Shown here: positions 1 to 13,000 of the stretch, one piece after another
Position numbering within the stretch: the stretch's first letter is position 1
How the letters are laid out: each line of letters begins with the position of its first letter
Origin: Ruditapes philippinarum
Taxonomy: Eukaryota
Assembly: GCF_026571515.1 (NCBI RefSeq)
Contig: NW_026867228.1
Span: 124,001-188,000 of the forward strand
DNA: 64,000 nucleotides
Reading direction: 5' to 3'
Made by a program: the position numbers and the translations under genes
Notes under the pieces: model-generated
Seen by the model: only the letters and a program-made list of their open reading frames with translations
What the model was told of the DNA's origin: nothing
Database searches by the model: none

Positions 1-134
1 TGAAAAAATATATGCAGTTATCATTTCATGCAACAATCTTAAAAATGAAATAAATACTAATCTTGAGTAACAAGTAACTTTATTATCTGATAAATGATTT
101 TACACTGCGATGTATTGACCACTTAAATAAAATA

Positions 135-1228
135 TACATTTTTGAATACTTGATGTTGGGAAAACGGAAGACTGATTCAGAATTTAAATATTAGAAAAAA
201 TTGAACTATGCCAAACTTAAATTATTTTACACTGCGATTTAATTATTTTTTTATAATTTACGACTTTGTTCAAATATAAATTTTGACAACTTTGAGTTTA
301 CGTTACGAAAAACAAATTGAACAAAAACATGGTTGAACATTTTATGTAAAGGACACATAATTTTATGATAGTAGTGATAAAAAGGTATATTGTACGTCCA
401 TCTGTCTATTCGCGTGTAGAATATTTTGATATTTTAATAGCTGGTACATTACATTTGTTGTTGTGAAGTGAAAATAATGAAAACAACAAAACTGCATAAT
501 AATTTAAAACGCAGGCTCAGTTTGTTCATGAATGGAAATAAAAAGTGCAACATCCCTCACAGCAAACACATTAAAAACAATTTAATGCTGATATATTTAC
601 ATGCCATCTATATAGCTATAACATGCTTTCTATGGCATCTTCAATGTCTGTTAACCAGGAAACTCTATATATGGTGAATTATAAATATTTCCTGTACACA
701 TTTGCCCTTTAGTCGTAATTTGATTGATCAAAGGAAATAGTGAGAAAAGTACATGTACTATATAACTATGATAATTGATGTTGATAGATCATAATGAACG
801 CAAGACGTTGTGATACACTTTTTCATGATACCATTTCAAAACCTTTAGAAACGACAATATGAAGTATCGGTTAATAATTATTCATATTATCGGGAAAGTG
901 GATTTCGCAGACATTACACTTAGATATTTTATTTTAATAACGTTGCTCAAAGATATGGAACTCGTAGCTTGATATCTATCATGCATTTACATTTCACTTT
1001 ATTGTAGAAAGAAATTTGAAAGCTGCATGCCTTTAAACGAACCAAAATATTTCACGAAAATCAAACTTGAAAAAAGTGTGAAAGGAAACAGATTTGATTT
1101 GCTATTCAAGTAATACTTTAAAGGTAACGTGAATTAAGGACTAAGTTTACAGTCTGTATATAACACCGTATTCATACTGCGTTTATACCGCAGTAAGGGG
1201 TATTTTAGCATAATCTGACCTCTTTTAC
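135..1228. repeat. Direct repeat, copy 1 (~1.1 kb; partner at 7934-9105)
   Basis: Colinear shared strings, e.g. ACTGATTCAGAA, TATAGCTATAACATGCTTTC, GTCGTAATTTGATTGATCAAAGGAAATAGTGAGAAAAGTACATGTAC and ACACCGTATTCATACTGCGTTTATACCGCAG, occur in the same order in both copies. Confidence 0.85.
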
Positions 1229-2936
1229 TGTAATTAACATGGATTTTAAGTGGCGTATTCAATGTGTAAATTACTTTCTTTGTCCTCTTTACAATACTTA
1301 ACTTTTGAATACATTTTTAAATTTTTAATAAAATTAGCATTAATCTGGAAGCATCTGCTTTACATTTTTGAAATTTATCAATCTTTTTTTATAAACAAAA
1401 TATTTTATATTAGATGCAAGGAAATTCTTAAAAAACAGTAACTCGTTTGCATAATAAAAACTAGCCAAAATCACAAAAATGTTTATCATTTATATACTAA
1501 TGTTCCTCAGCAAATACATTGAACTTCTACTTTATATCAACAATTCACACGTTATTGAATTTTTTGTCTTTGTGGGGTTTTCAGATTTCGGGAAAATTCC
1601 CCAAATTTCCCCGAGGGGAAAATTTTTTATATATAAGTAGTGAATGGAATAAAAGATGTTTACTCTCTCTATTTAATGTTGTTATTATTTTTTTGAAACC
1701 TTTTTAAAAATGGTTTTTTTTATGGTCTGCAATTTTAAAATACCTATTCATACCCCGTAATAAGGGTGCTTATTCTCAAAGAGGCATTGATCTCGGAGTG
1801 GACTTTTAGTCAAGCACTGTAAGGTTCTGTTACATTTTTAAAAGAAATGTACCCTCTTCATTTCTTTATTTTTATTCTTTATTTATTATAACTAATTTTG
1901 ACTATTCAATCATAATTCCTACTATAGGAAATTTAGTCCAAAAATATTATATGTCAGCTTTCGTTGCACATATATACATACACTGACATTTTGTCTATAA
2001 AGAAACTATTTGAAACGGATCATTAATAATGTGTCTATTTAAATCAAATATAAACATATTTCTAAATTTTCAGATGCATGTCAAAAAATACACCCATCGT
2101 ATCGATGTTTCCAAAATCATATTGTAGAAACAAATCTGTTTGAATAAATATATTGAGCGATATAGAAATTATTGTTAAAATGGTATGCGCATTAAACGTA
2201 TTCACCCTAGAAGAAGTTAATAAGATCCTTTTCAAATTGATTAACTATCAGATAATAATATTCCTTTCCTATTAAATATTTCGTTTATCTCCACAACAAT
2301 TCACATTCATTGAAATGTCAATGACAGACTTTTTAACCACTTTATCTAACATGCATACATATAGATAAAGCATTCAGATAAAACTGTTTTGTCTTCAATT
2401 TTTTAATTAGATGAAAGGTTCTTAGATTATTAAGACAAGCTACATACTTTTATATTTCCTTTTTCTTTTGCAGACGTTTTCTTATTAACTTACCCAACAT
2501 CTAAGCAAGTATTTGTATGCTGAAATGCATAACTTGAGTTTGGCAAGTAGGCTTTCAGATTTCTCAAAATAAGGGATCAGTGTTTTATGAAAACTAGCTT
2601 GTTTTTCTTTACCTTGTCGATTACGGAAACGAATAATTTCTTGAATGAGATCATATGGAAAGGAAACAGTGGTGATATATATGTAGCAGTTGGGAGTGAC
2701 ATTTTTTGTAACTTTCAATTTGAAGGAAATAAACTGCGTTTCACTCAAAACAGAAAAAATGACATCAAAATAGGACACCTTAGACAATTGAAGATAACGT
2801 TTTCGTCCAAAAATATATATTGTTTTTACAATTAAGAACGCCCCGCTCTGGCTTATTAAATGAAGTTGTAATGACCGAAGTTGAGGTGTTGTTTCCAGAA
2901 AGAGAGATTGGGCTGATGCTCATTATATTATATATG

Positions 2937-3572
2937 TTATTTTGGTTTTGGAGTGATATATGTGGATATATTACCTGCTAAGATTTTATATCACCCGAGC
3001 CGTTAGGCGAGGGTGATATTTTATCTTGGCATGTAATATATCCACATATATCACTCCAAAACCAAAATAATAATTTTATTACCCTTCCCCTGCCGAGTTT
3101 AGACGATTTTTAAAAAAATCATTGCTGTTTCAAATGAAACGTCGAAATAAGATTCCCTTTAGGGTACCTCTTCGTCACAACATGACGTCACATAAATACA
3201 TGACGTATTTTTCCCTTACCTAACGAATGTAAACAAGAGAAAAGGAGTAGTCTATTGACCGCACTTTTTTGTAATTAATATCAAGCTTTCACAAGGTCAT
3301 ATTTGTTTTCGATACTGATGGTAATATGTATCATTACTCTACGTTGGTAAATATTTATCATTTGACAGTTAAAAAGTGCTTGTAAATCGGAATTTACACC
3401 GCGTAAAATCGAACCGTACGCGCATCACTTCAGCGCATGTTGTTTATAACGTTGGGTACCCAATGGGGAAATTTAGTGTGTATATTACCCGTCTGGCTCG
3501 GTTATATCAATTTCTTTCGGGTGATCAATATCCAATCAAAAAGGCGGAAAAAATCTGGAAGGGTAATAAAAA
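2937..3572. mobile_element. Non-autonomous element with a long terminal hairpin and subterminal inverted repeat (Crypton-like architecture)
   Basis: ~65-bp-stem hairpin at 2937-3070 centred on CCCGAGCCGTTAGGCGAGGG. TTTTATTACCCTTCC (~3074) is mirrored by GGAAGGGTAATAAAA (~3557-3571). The family assignment is inferred from architecture only. Confidence 0.6.
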
Positions 3573-6500
3573 TTAATTTATCATGCTCATTCAAGCATCC
3601 AATTTGTAATAAAGTTTTTTTGTAACCTGAAATATTGGCATTTTAAAATTTTTTTGGATTAAACTGCCGAATCAAACTAAATTCTTCTGATATTCATCGT
3701 GCAACAGCGGGCGCACATTTCCTGTCAAAGTAAATTCACATTAGATTTAGAATTCAAGTGTTTTGATAATTTTATAAAACAAACTTTTAGTGATATTGAT
3801 AATTGTGTCTCTTACTTTTGCCCAAAGAATAAAAACTAACAACTCACTCTTTTGAATGTAGAGCTATATTAGTCTACAAATATATAGTCAATTACATTCA
3901 ATTATCTGCATCTAATGACAATGTAAGCAATTATAGTTACACTACATCTTTTCTGCTGAAACATCACAATTTCAATATTTGTTGCGCTGATGCACATAAA
4001 AGAGCCACGCCAAAAGGTATAACGTCTATATATGGAAGAATATGACAAATAATGATAAAATGCAAACAGGAAGAGGAAACTATCAAAACAAAAGTACATC
4101 TTTTATAACAGTGTGTTTCTATATCATTACTTGTGCATGTTATAGCAATAAAAAAGAGTGCATTATCCACTGCAATGAGATTTTGAGCATAAAGAGCGAG
4201 CGTTTTTTAAACAAATGTACTTTGTATTTCAAATGATAAACAATTTGTTTTCTAATATCCAAAACCACATTCTGTCAGCTATCATTAACGATCGATTGTT
4301 TCGTAATAAAACTCAAACAATGTATTTTCAATTTTGAACTCTCCTGAGGCATGTGCTCGTAAAATGTGTGTTTGCTGATATGATATATCTCGCCCAAAAT
4401 ATAATCTAAGTTTTGCTATTTTATCTGGTACATGTATTTATTAAAGATGGAATATTATTTTAGCGATGCTTTGAAAATTAGAGGTGATTATATTTCTTTG
4501 TAATTCAATTTGAACTGACTCAGTCAATTCGAGTCCAAAGTCACTATACGTACTTAGGTCCAATATGAACAACTGTACTTAAAACAAAATATATTTTTTA
4601 AATATCATTAAAATATTTTGCTTTTGGAAAAACATATAAAACAAAATTTATTTAGTACATAAAAAATTGTTAAAGATATTCATTTATCAAAGCTTGTTCA
4701 GTTAAATGATGCTAACGAAATTTGAGAGATGATTTTGCTTTACTGACTTTTGTCTTTATGCCATTTACTGAAAACCTCTAATTGCTAATTGTTTTCTACT
4801 CAATTTTATATCCTTCTAATGAAATTTAAAATATCTCTTCTTTATCTTTCTCAAAGTTTTGTTCGAAGGTGATGGAAAATGGAAGTAATTTAGTACTTTA
4901 AATAATTAGCAGCCAAAAGGGAATGTTAAAATTAATCTTTATCTTTACCAATTTCTTGAGCACAAGATCCCTATTTCAAACTGTCTTGGCTAGAACTGAT
5001 CGGAGAAATAAAAAAAGAGAGCTTCTTAGAACTAAAAATACAGACAGATAAGTAAGTTAGCGGCATTTCTTAAATTTGCTCTGCATAATATAATGGATCA
5101 AACTTAAAGATTATATTTGTCCGTGACAAGAAAAAAAAGTGAATGAACAAATGTACTGTCAGAAAAAGACTGACATATTAAGTAAATACCATATTAGATC
5201 ATTCAATGACCAATTAAATACAAAAAATGCTTTAAAGAATATTTATAGAGTACCTTCGTTCATATATCTTATATTTTTGGAGAATTTAAATGACTATTGA
5301 ATTAAAATTATTTACAATTAAACATAATTGAATTGATGATCGTAAGAAGGTCTCAACATAACTGCATTTATTTTTCATTCAAATATTAAGAATTTGCCAT
5401 GTCAAACCTGAACATAATAGGTTCATTTAACAATGACAAAGACTATCCCAACATGATACATATTCCAGAAACAGTGTTGAAGACATATCAGCTTTGTAAC
5501 ATATTGATAAAGAATACTTTTGGCGAAAGATTTAAATTTTGCTGAGTGTGTAGAAACTAAGATTGCATTTTCAATTAAAAGCAAGCGAGAGAAAACCGAC
5601 GGCTACTTCTGTATATAAATTCAAGTATCTGAACAACTTTCTTCCGCTCATAATTAGAAATTAGGTTGGTGAACAAATTTTGTGTCTACTACGTCTTTTT
5701 ACATGAATTATCTCATTAAAAACTAAGATTTCTCATTTTATAACCAGAATCATTTACCTTTAAAATGAATTTCACTCGGCTGAAAGTCTTTCTTCCATGT
5801 TACTCTGCTGAAATACACATTTCCTTGTAAGATAATCCAATGAATTGAAAATCGAACGGCTGTCTGGGAAATAATTGCCAAATTATATAAAGTCTTTTTT
5901 TACAATTTAAACAGACTGTTTAGACTAAAACATGTTATAAAGTCTACAGTGGGAGTCTTTTTCTTTGCATAGTTTATCAGAATATTTTTTCCAGATTTTT
6001 TTTATTTTATAAATTATATATTGTATCAAATGGTACTCCATTTTCTGTATGTTAACCTATGAAACAAATATGATGAAATAAAACAATATGGCACAAGATA
6101 TGATTAGATATAATTCGAAAAGAGACAATTTGGCATGAAAAACCATACCAGACAAGACCAGAACTTAACACAATTAACTTGAACAATAACATATCACATA
6201 CAAATATGATAAATTGATGGTATGATATTATATTGCATTTGATGTAACTATGATTTGATAGGATAGAATATGATGTACCAGATCAGACAATACAATATCC
6301 TTATATAGTCCGTATATAACCATTGGTTAAAAGGTATCTGGATATAATCATTCTGGACAAGTATATTTTTAATTCGGCGTCTTAATGTTTAAAAACTGTT
6401 CTAAAATGTAACATTAGAATTTATTTGTTAAAAACAGTAATATTTACGTTGAAGATTTATACTTAGTAATCAATGTAAACCCTTTCATACTTCCAAATAT

Positions 6501-7001
6501 ATTCCGATTTATTGTGCGTCTAGTTGGAATGAGTTTCCTGAAGCGGGGAATATATTTGAATGGACATGATTAGCACATTATATGCCTCATATGGCAAGAC
6601 CTGAATATAAATCATCTGCAAAAGGAATACATTATGAGATAACGAAAAAGACATTTCTATATTTCTATTTTCCTGTTAGAATATAAACATTATCAAAAAT
6701 TACGTTTATATTGTAAATTCCTTATCCTTTTCATATTATGGTAGAATGAATTTAGACTAAGACATTAACAATTCTTAAAGTATTTTAATCACTTAATTTA
6801 CAGATAGAGAGCAAACATGCATTGTATTTGTGACAAATTCTACACTTCTTCACATTCTAACGATTACTTTGAAATTTAGACAAAATATAGGTCCATTTAG
6901 ATACTAGAACTTTGGGATATGCACATATAAAATATATAATAATACAAAATGTACCCGAGAGAGATCAAACAAACCTTGGTCTAATCAGTAAATCTATATT
7001 A

Positions 7002-7267
7002 GTTTGTTTGTTTGGGTTTTACATCACACCGACACAGTACATGTCATTTGGCGACGTTCCAGCTTTACTGGTGGAGGAAGACCTCAGGTGCCCTTCCGTG
7101 CATTATTTCAGGCACGAACGGGCACCTGAGTAGAACCACCGACGTTCCGTTAGCTAGCTGGATAGCTTCCTCACATGAAGGAATCCAAAGTCCAAGTCGG
7201 AATTCGAACCCGAAGCGTCGAGGAGCAAGTGGTTTGATATCAACGACCTTAACCACTCGCCCACGCC
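7002..7267 (-). mobile_element. tRNA-derived SINE with a Deu/Nin-like central domain
   Basis: Minus strand shows A box GGCGAGTGGTTAAGG, B box GGTTCGAATTCC, central GAGGAAGCTATCCAGC...GTCGGTGGTTCTAC...CTTCCTCCACCAG and a (CAAA)n tail. Imperfect flanking direct repeat AAATCTAT on both sides. Confidence 0.85.
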
Positions 7268-7933
7268 AAAATCTATTAGAAGATAAGTCAATTTGCACAC
7301 AGTGACATTTAAAGACACACCAAAGGGCAATAACCCAAACACTAAAAAGCTTTGCGTATAAAATTGCATTTGTCTGCAAATATAAAGGCAATATCAATTA
7401 AGTTCAAATTATCTGCATTTACTGTTAACGAAGACAATGATAGCAACACGCCTAATTTGAGTGAGACTCCAAATAGACTTTTGGCGCATGATTATTTCCT
7501 TTTTGTTCCAATGATTTTTCGTTTATAAAGAGAAAATGGAAACGAGCCAACGCACACATATTATAAGACATGTATCCAAATGTTTGTTGGTTTAAAGACT
7601 ATTCATCTTCCGGCGACTTTTCTTATAAATCAATGACGTATTCTCATGATTGGTTCCATTTCTGACTAAGAACGGAATAATATGATATAATAATGGATAA
7701 TTTTTCTGTATAAGTGTATTTTAAAAGGCAAAGTTAGAATATAGCTTTTCTTATATCCTTAACCTCGTTTTTTTACATGCATTCAAATAGATTTTATCGT
7801 ATCAAACTTCAAAGGTAGTATGCATTTTTAAATGTTGAATTCTGCATTTAAATCCCGTGCCATTGGGCCCACTGTTTTATATCAACAGGCTCAATTAAAG
7901 GCTTGTATTATTCCTCAGACAATCTTATCAATC

Positions 7934-9105
7934 TACATTTTTGTAATATTTAAGTTGACAGAACGGTAAACTGATTCAGAAGTTAATTATTTAAAAAAGA
8001 ACAATGTCACATTTAGATATTTTACACTGCGATTTAACCATTTCTATAAATGACGACTTAGTTGAAATATACTTTTTAACAAGTTTGAGTTTGCATCAAT
8101 TAAGGTAAACTGATTCAGAATGAAACTTTTAGAAAACATATTGAACAATAACAAGCTTTAACTTTTAATGTACAGGACAAATAATTTTATAGTAGTAGTG
8201 ATAAAAAGTGTTTTCCACCAGTAAGTTATATTGTCCGTCTATCTATCTTTTCGCGTGTAGAAAACTTTGACCTTTTTATAGCTGCCACACGGCTCATGAC
8301 ACCTGTTGTTGTGAAGTAACAAGTCTGGAAAGGGTTGGTCTCTTGGAAGCAAAAATGAAAACAATTAAAAACAACAAAATTTCACGATAATTGCAGCCGC
8401 AGACTTAGTTTGTTCAAGAAGGGAAATAAAAAAGTACAATGTCCCTCACCTCAAACACATAAAAAACAATTAAATGCTGATATATTTACATGCATCTATA
8501 TAGCTATAACATGCTTTCTGTGGCATCTTCAATGTCTGTTACCCAGGAAACTCCATATATGGTGAATTATAGATATTTCCCGTACACATTGCCCTTTAGT
8601 CGTAATTTGATTGATCAAAGGAAATAGTGAGAAAAGTACATGTACTATATAATTATGATAATGGATGTTGATAGATCATCGTGGTGATATACTTTTTCAT
8701 GATACCATTTCAACACCATTTCTGTCTAGAAACGACAACGTGAAGGATCGGTTTATAATTCAATATTATCGGGGAAGAGGTTTTCGCAGCCAATACATTA
8801 GATTATTTTATTTTTATAAAGTTGCTGAAAGATATGGAACTCGTAGCTTGATATTTATCATGCATTTACATTTAACTTTGTTGTAGAAAGAAATTTGAAA
8901 GCTGCATGCCATCAAATGAAAGAAAATATTTCAAGAAAATCAAACTTGGAAAGATTTTAAGAAAAGGAAACAGATTTGATTTACGATTCAAGTAATACTT
9001 GAAAGGTAACGTGCGATTAAGGACTATTTCTACAGTACATAACACCGTATTCATACTGCGTTTATACCGCAGAAAGGGGTATTTTAGCAAATTCTGACCT
9101 CTTTA
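7934..9105. repeat. Direct repeat, copy 2 (partner at 135-1228), truncated at its right end
   Basis: Colinear with copy 1. Similarity stops after TCTGACCTCTTT at ~9105, where a different repeat starts. Confidence 0.85.
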
Positions 9106-9109
9106 CCAA

Positions 9110-9645
9110 GTAATTTTAAAACCTTCAAAAAGTAATAGAGCGGACATGAAAAATAGATGTTTTTACATTGGACCTTTGAGTGTGATCCTGACCTTCAGTG
9201 TTTTTTTATTGATTATTGTGCTTTGCCAATGGTGTCATAATGGTGATTATTACCTTAAAACATTGCAGCAGTTTAAATGTTATGGACAGACACAAAATGT
9301 AGACATTTAAACATTTGACATGTGTGACCTTGACCTTGGGGTAGCAATTCAATTATTGCGCTCTGCACATCATCTCATAATGCCAAGCTATTTAAAAAAA
9401 TTTCAGCGGTTTAAACATGAAAGTATTACAGACAGACAGACGGACAGACAGACGTACTTACGAAATGGTACTTACGTGACTTGTCCTTTGATCTTTTTTG
9501 CCATTTTAGTCACACAAGGCTTAAAAAAAGACACACAAGTGAAAACGAAATGAATAGGATCAAAGAGAATTCACTTTACCTATTGTTCTCCAAGTCACAC
9601 AAGTACCTCTGGGTTTGTACGGACTGACAGACGTAGGTCATTCCT
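9110..9645. mobile_element. Degenerate Helentron/HINE-like repeat fragments at the left palindrome boundary
   Basis: TGACCTTGACCTT motifs and a (GACA/GACG)n microsatellite at ~9428-9454, typical of mollusc non-autonomous elements. Confidence 0.55.
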
Positions 9646-10030
9646 ATAAGAAAATTGTAATTCTTGGTACAGGGATATTATAAGAATTCATCATGCTTCA
9701 AATATTATCACAACATACATGTTTCCAAATCTAATTATCTTAAGCTATACAGTGTAGCATCATTCGTCAGGAATACATTTAAAACACCTACCATACTCTT
9801 ATAGCAACCTTCTCAAAAAACATTACCCATACCTTTTTAAAATCTGTTCTTAACTTATCTTTGCAGAAGATATCAATAGATCTAACACACAACATTGTCA
9901 CATGATAAACAACAGGAGTACAGCAAAGTTGAAAGGTCAAGATCTCTATTACTGACCGACCTTTGACCTTCATAAATGCTTATCTGGCTAGACTTCGGAT
10001 TTTTGTTGACCATCTGTGACTGCTATAATC

Positions 10031-13000
10031 TCATAATGTATGAAGTCTTTTTCTGATGGCAGTTTCCACAATCTCCAGACTATCTCTGTCTAGTTCTTTT
10101 ACAAGAAGCACTGCTTGTAACACATGGGCATTCTGAAAATAAGAAAAATATGCACATTTTATAAAGAGCTAGGTTCACTAACCATGGATTTTTGCCCAAT
10201 ATTTTGCCAAAAAATAATTTGATGCAAAGTTCTTGTTTTTAGGTTTTATTTAGTAGTTCAATCCTTAAACTCTTCAAAACATATAAATTTATAGACATAT
10301 GTTTACATTTAGTATGATTTATGTTCTATGGAAATACCCCTATTTCCAGCAAAATTAAGAAAATTCACGTATTTTTGGTGTTTTAAACGAAAATTAAAGT
10401 ATCAGCACAGTCCAGTCCCAACAAAATCATTACACCATTGATTTGTAATGTATCTAAGGCTTCAACTATAATATAAAGTTGGGGCTTGCCTGTGCTCTAT
10501 TCCAAAATTAGATTTTTACCTCATATCTTAACGTCATTTTTTTACATTTATTTCATTAAATGCAAACCATGGAGCATGTATACTGCACTCAACATTATTA
10601 ATTTTTGTTCTTACTTGTTGAAATATGATTCATAACATACATTTTAATAAATGTTGGCAGGAAAATCATTTCTAGCAAATTAAAGGCACTTTCACTAAAA
10701 TGATTACGATTATGTTTTGGTACGAGTTCGACCGGTTTCCACTGTAACGGTTGTGAACAAAACTCTGACATGTTAAAAGAAATATATGTAAACGTTTATA
10801 AATAAATGTTGAAATTCTGTTTATGCCTTAAATATTTCATTCTTAGAATTAGCAAGGTGTTGTTATGTAATTGTATTGATTCATTGAAAGACGTTATGCT
10901 GTTCAGGCTATTTCATTGCTGATCGCGAATACTTGATCTGGGTCCGGTTCTTTCGCCCTCACAAATAACAACAACAACAAAAAACAACTGTGGTCGTTTA
11001 AACACAGTGATTAAGAGGTTTTCATGTCTTTTTAAAAGGTAGATTAGAAGAATTCAATTTACTTTGTGAAAATAAAATTATTGAAAGTCTCAAAATAATT
11101 AAAAAATGCTGTATGTAGAGTATTTAAACTCTATAATTCCACATCGTCTGCATTGATGTATATGTAAAACTACTTGTTAAATGATGTTATGTCATCTCGG
11201 AATATTGCGTTAGCTCAGTGGTAGCATGGGAGCCTCTCACCCAGAATATTTGAGTTAAAACCTTGATCATGATTTTTTTTTCTTTTTTTTTTCTTTTTTT
11301 ACATTTTCTTTTTCATAATTAACAAAATAGATGGTGCTTTTTTCAGAAAATATTAATTTATTCCTTGAGATATTTAGCATTTCTAATCGGTGCTACCTCA
11401 TAATTATTAAGGTATTAAAGTTGTGTTAGACATTTGATTGCTTAACAGTTCAGCAAAAAGTTATAAATCTTATTAATTTAGTATTATTCTCATTAAAAAA
11501 ATATTCACAAGAAATTGACAAAGCAGGAAATATGTTAGGAGTCAACGGACGAAATGTGTTCAGTAGACCTTCCCAGGATGAGAAAGAAGCAGCATGGTAT
11601 TAAGCTTTAGCTGTTTCCAAGAAATACTAGACAAAAAGTCTTGACTTGTCCTTCCTCACAAAGGATCCTTTTATTTTGTGCACGAAATTGCAGACCATAC
11701 ATGAAAGCAGCCATAACTACATGAATTGGATTATCTACATGAATGACAGCATTGGTGCGTATTACTGCATTTTGGTGGTTGGTGCACGTGTAGTTTGAAT
11801 TTGTTTCGATGTCTCCACCGTTACATGGTACCTCGCATATGGATATCTTGAGGAGTGATGAGACTCGGTCAGCAGTGAGAAATTGGGCTGACAATCTTGC
11901 TGATCATGTAGCTGTATTTTGAAATTGATAGCCATTTAATACAGTGTGAAAGATAATTGTTAAAAGTAACAGTAAAAGAGACAATGCTAAACTAAATTTT
12001 AATTGTAGGCTTCCTTATGTTAAATGTTTAATTTACAACCATTATATAGATGTAAGGGCATACTGGAATGATATAAACCAAATCTTACTTAGGTTCTATG
12101 TCACATAAGTTATGGATACATGTAAATAAATGTTGTTTTTTTTCTCAGTTCTCATTTCGTCATGGATCATTACATTTCAATTGTAATAGAAGTCTGATTT
12201 CCAAAATTATAAATAACATAAATAGTTGTCTGTATTTGGCTGTATCATAATTCAAAAAAGAAAATAGTATCGTATTTGCAGTTCAGTATCAAATATTACG
12301 TATACTCCGAAAGAGCATACAGGCAAACATTATTATTACTTGACAAAACTAGAAATGTGTCCAAAGGACACGGATGCCCCCACTGACAACATATATATGG
12401 TATATAGTGAAAAAATCAACAAAGGGCCATAATTCTGTTAAATTTGGTCGCAGCAAAAATTACTTCCTTCACTAAGGTTGTTCATCCCTGGAAGTTTAAG
12501 CAAAATCTGCCACCCGGTTTAAAGCAGCACGCCTTCAGATTCATGTTAATTTTCATAAAAATTTTGAAAATGTATTTAAAAGTAAAATAATGTGAGGTGA
12601 ACAAATAAAGTAATTTACATATTGCAATCGGCACTTACAACATGTACAATCCACGAAAATTACCAAAAAGTGGCCAACATATGCAAAAACAGCCCTTACT
12701 GCGTTAGTAACGCAACAGAAGTATGGTGATAAAATACTGCAAAATTAGCGTTAAACCCAACATAATATGTAAAATATAACTTGGACCTTGAATGTTTTAT
12801 CCTTTCTTAAAACTTTAGTGCATTTTTCTCATTATTGATTTTATTGAAATATTTTGGCTCATCTGGAGGCATGCAGCTTAAAGAGGAGTTGCGTTCACAA
12901 AATTTCTATATGGTATATAGTGAACAAATCAACAAAGGGCCATAATTGTGTTAAATTTGGTCGCAGCGAAAATTCCTTCCTTAATTTACTACCATCTACA

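Noticed and set aside
2473-2835. Possible exon or ORF after a strong acceptor (TTTTCTTTTGCAG)
   Set aside because: There are stops soon after the acceptor, no recognisable domain, and no partner exons could be linked.
6050-6310. Degenerate 5-bp periodic tract (ATATG/ACCAG-like)
   Set aside because: Ordinary decayed simple repeat.
6912-7397. Four overlapping ORFs
   Set aside because: They all overlap the SINE and reflect its higher GC content.
135-9105. LTR retrotransposon bounded by the two direct repeats
   Set aside because: No gag/pol frames, PBS/PPT or TG...CA ends were seen.
11205-11270. tRNA-like TAGCTCAGTGGTAG fragment (similar remnant at ~51345-51425)
   Set aside because: The B box and stems are decayed; at most a SINE remnant.
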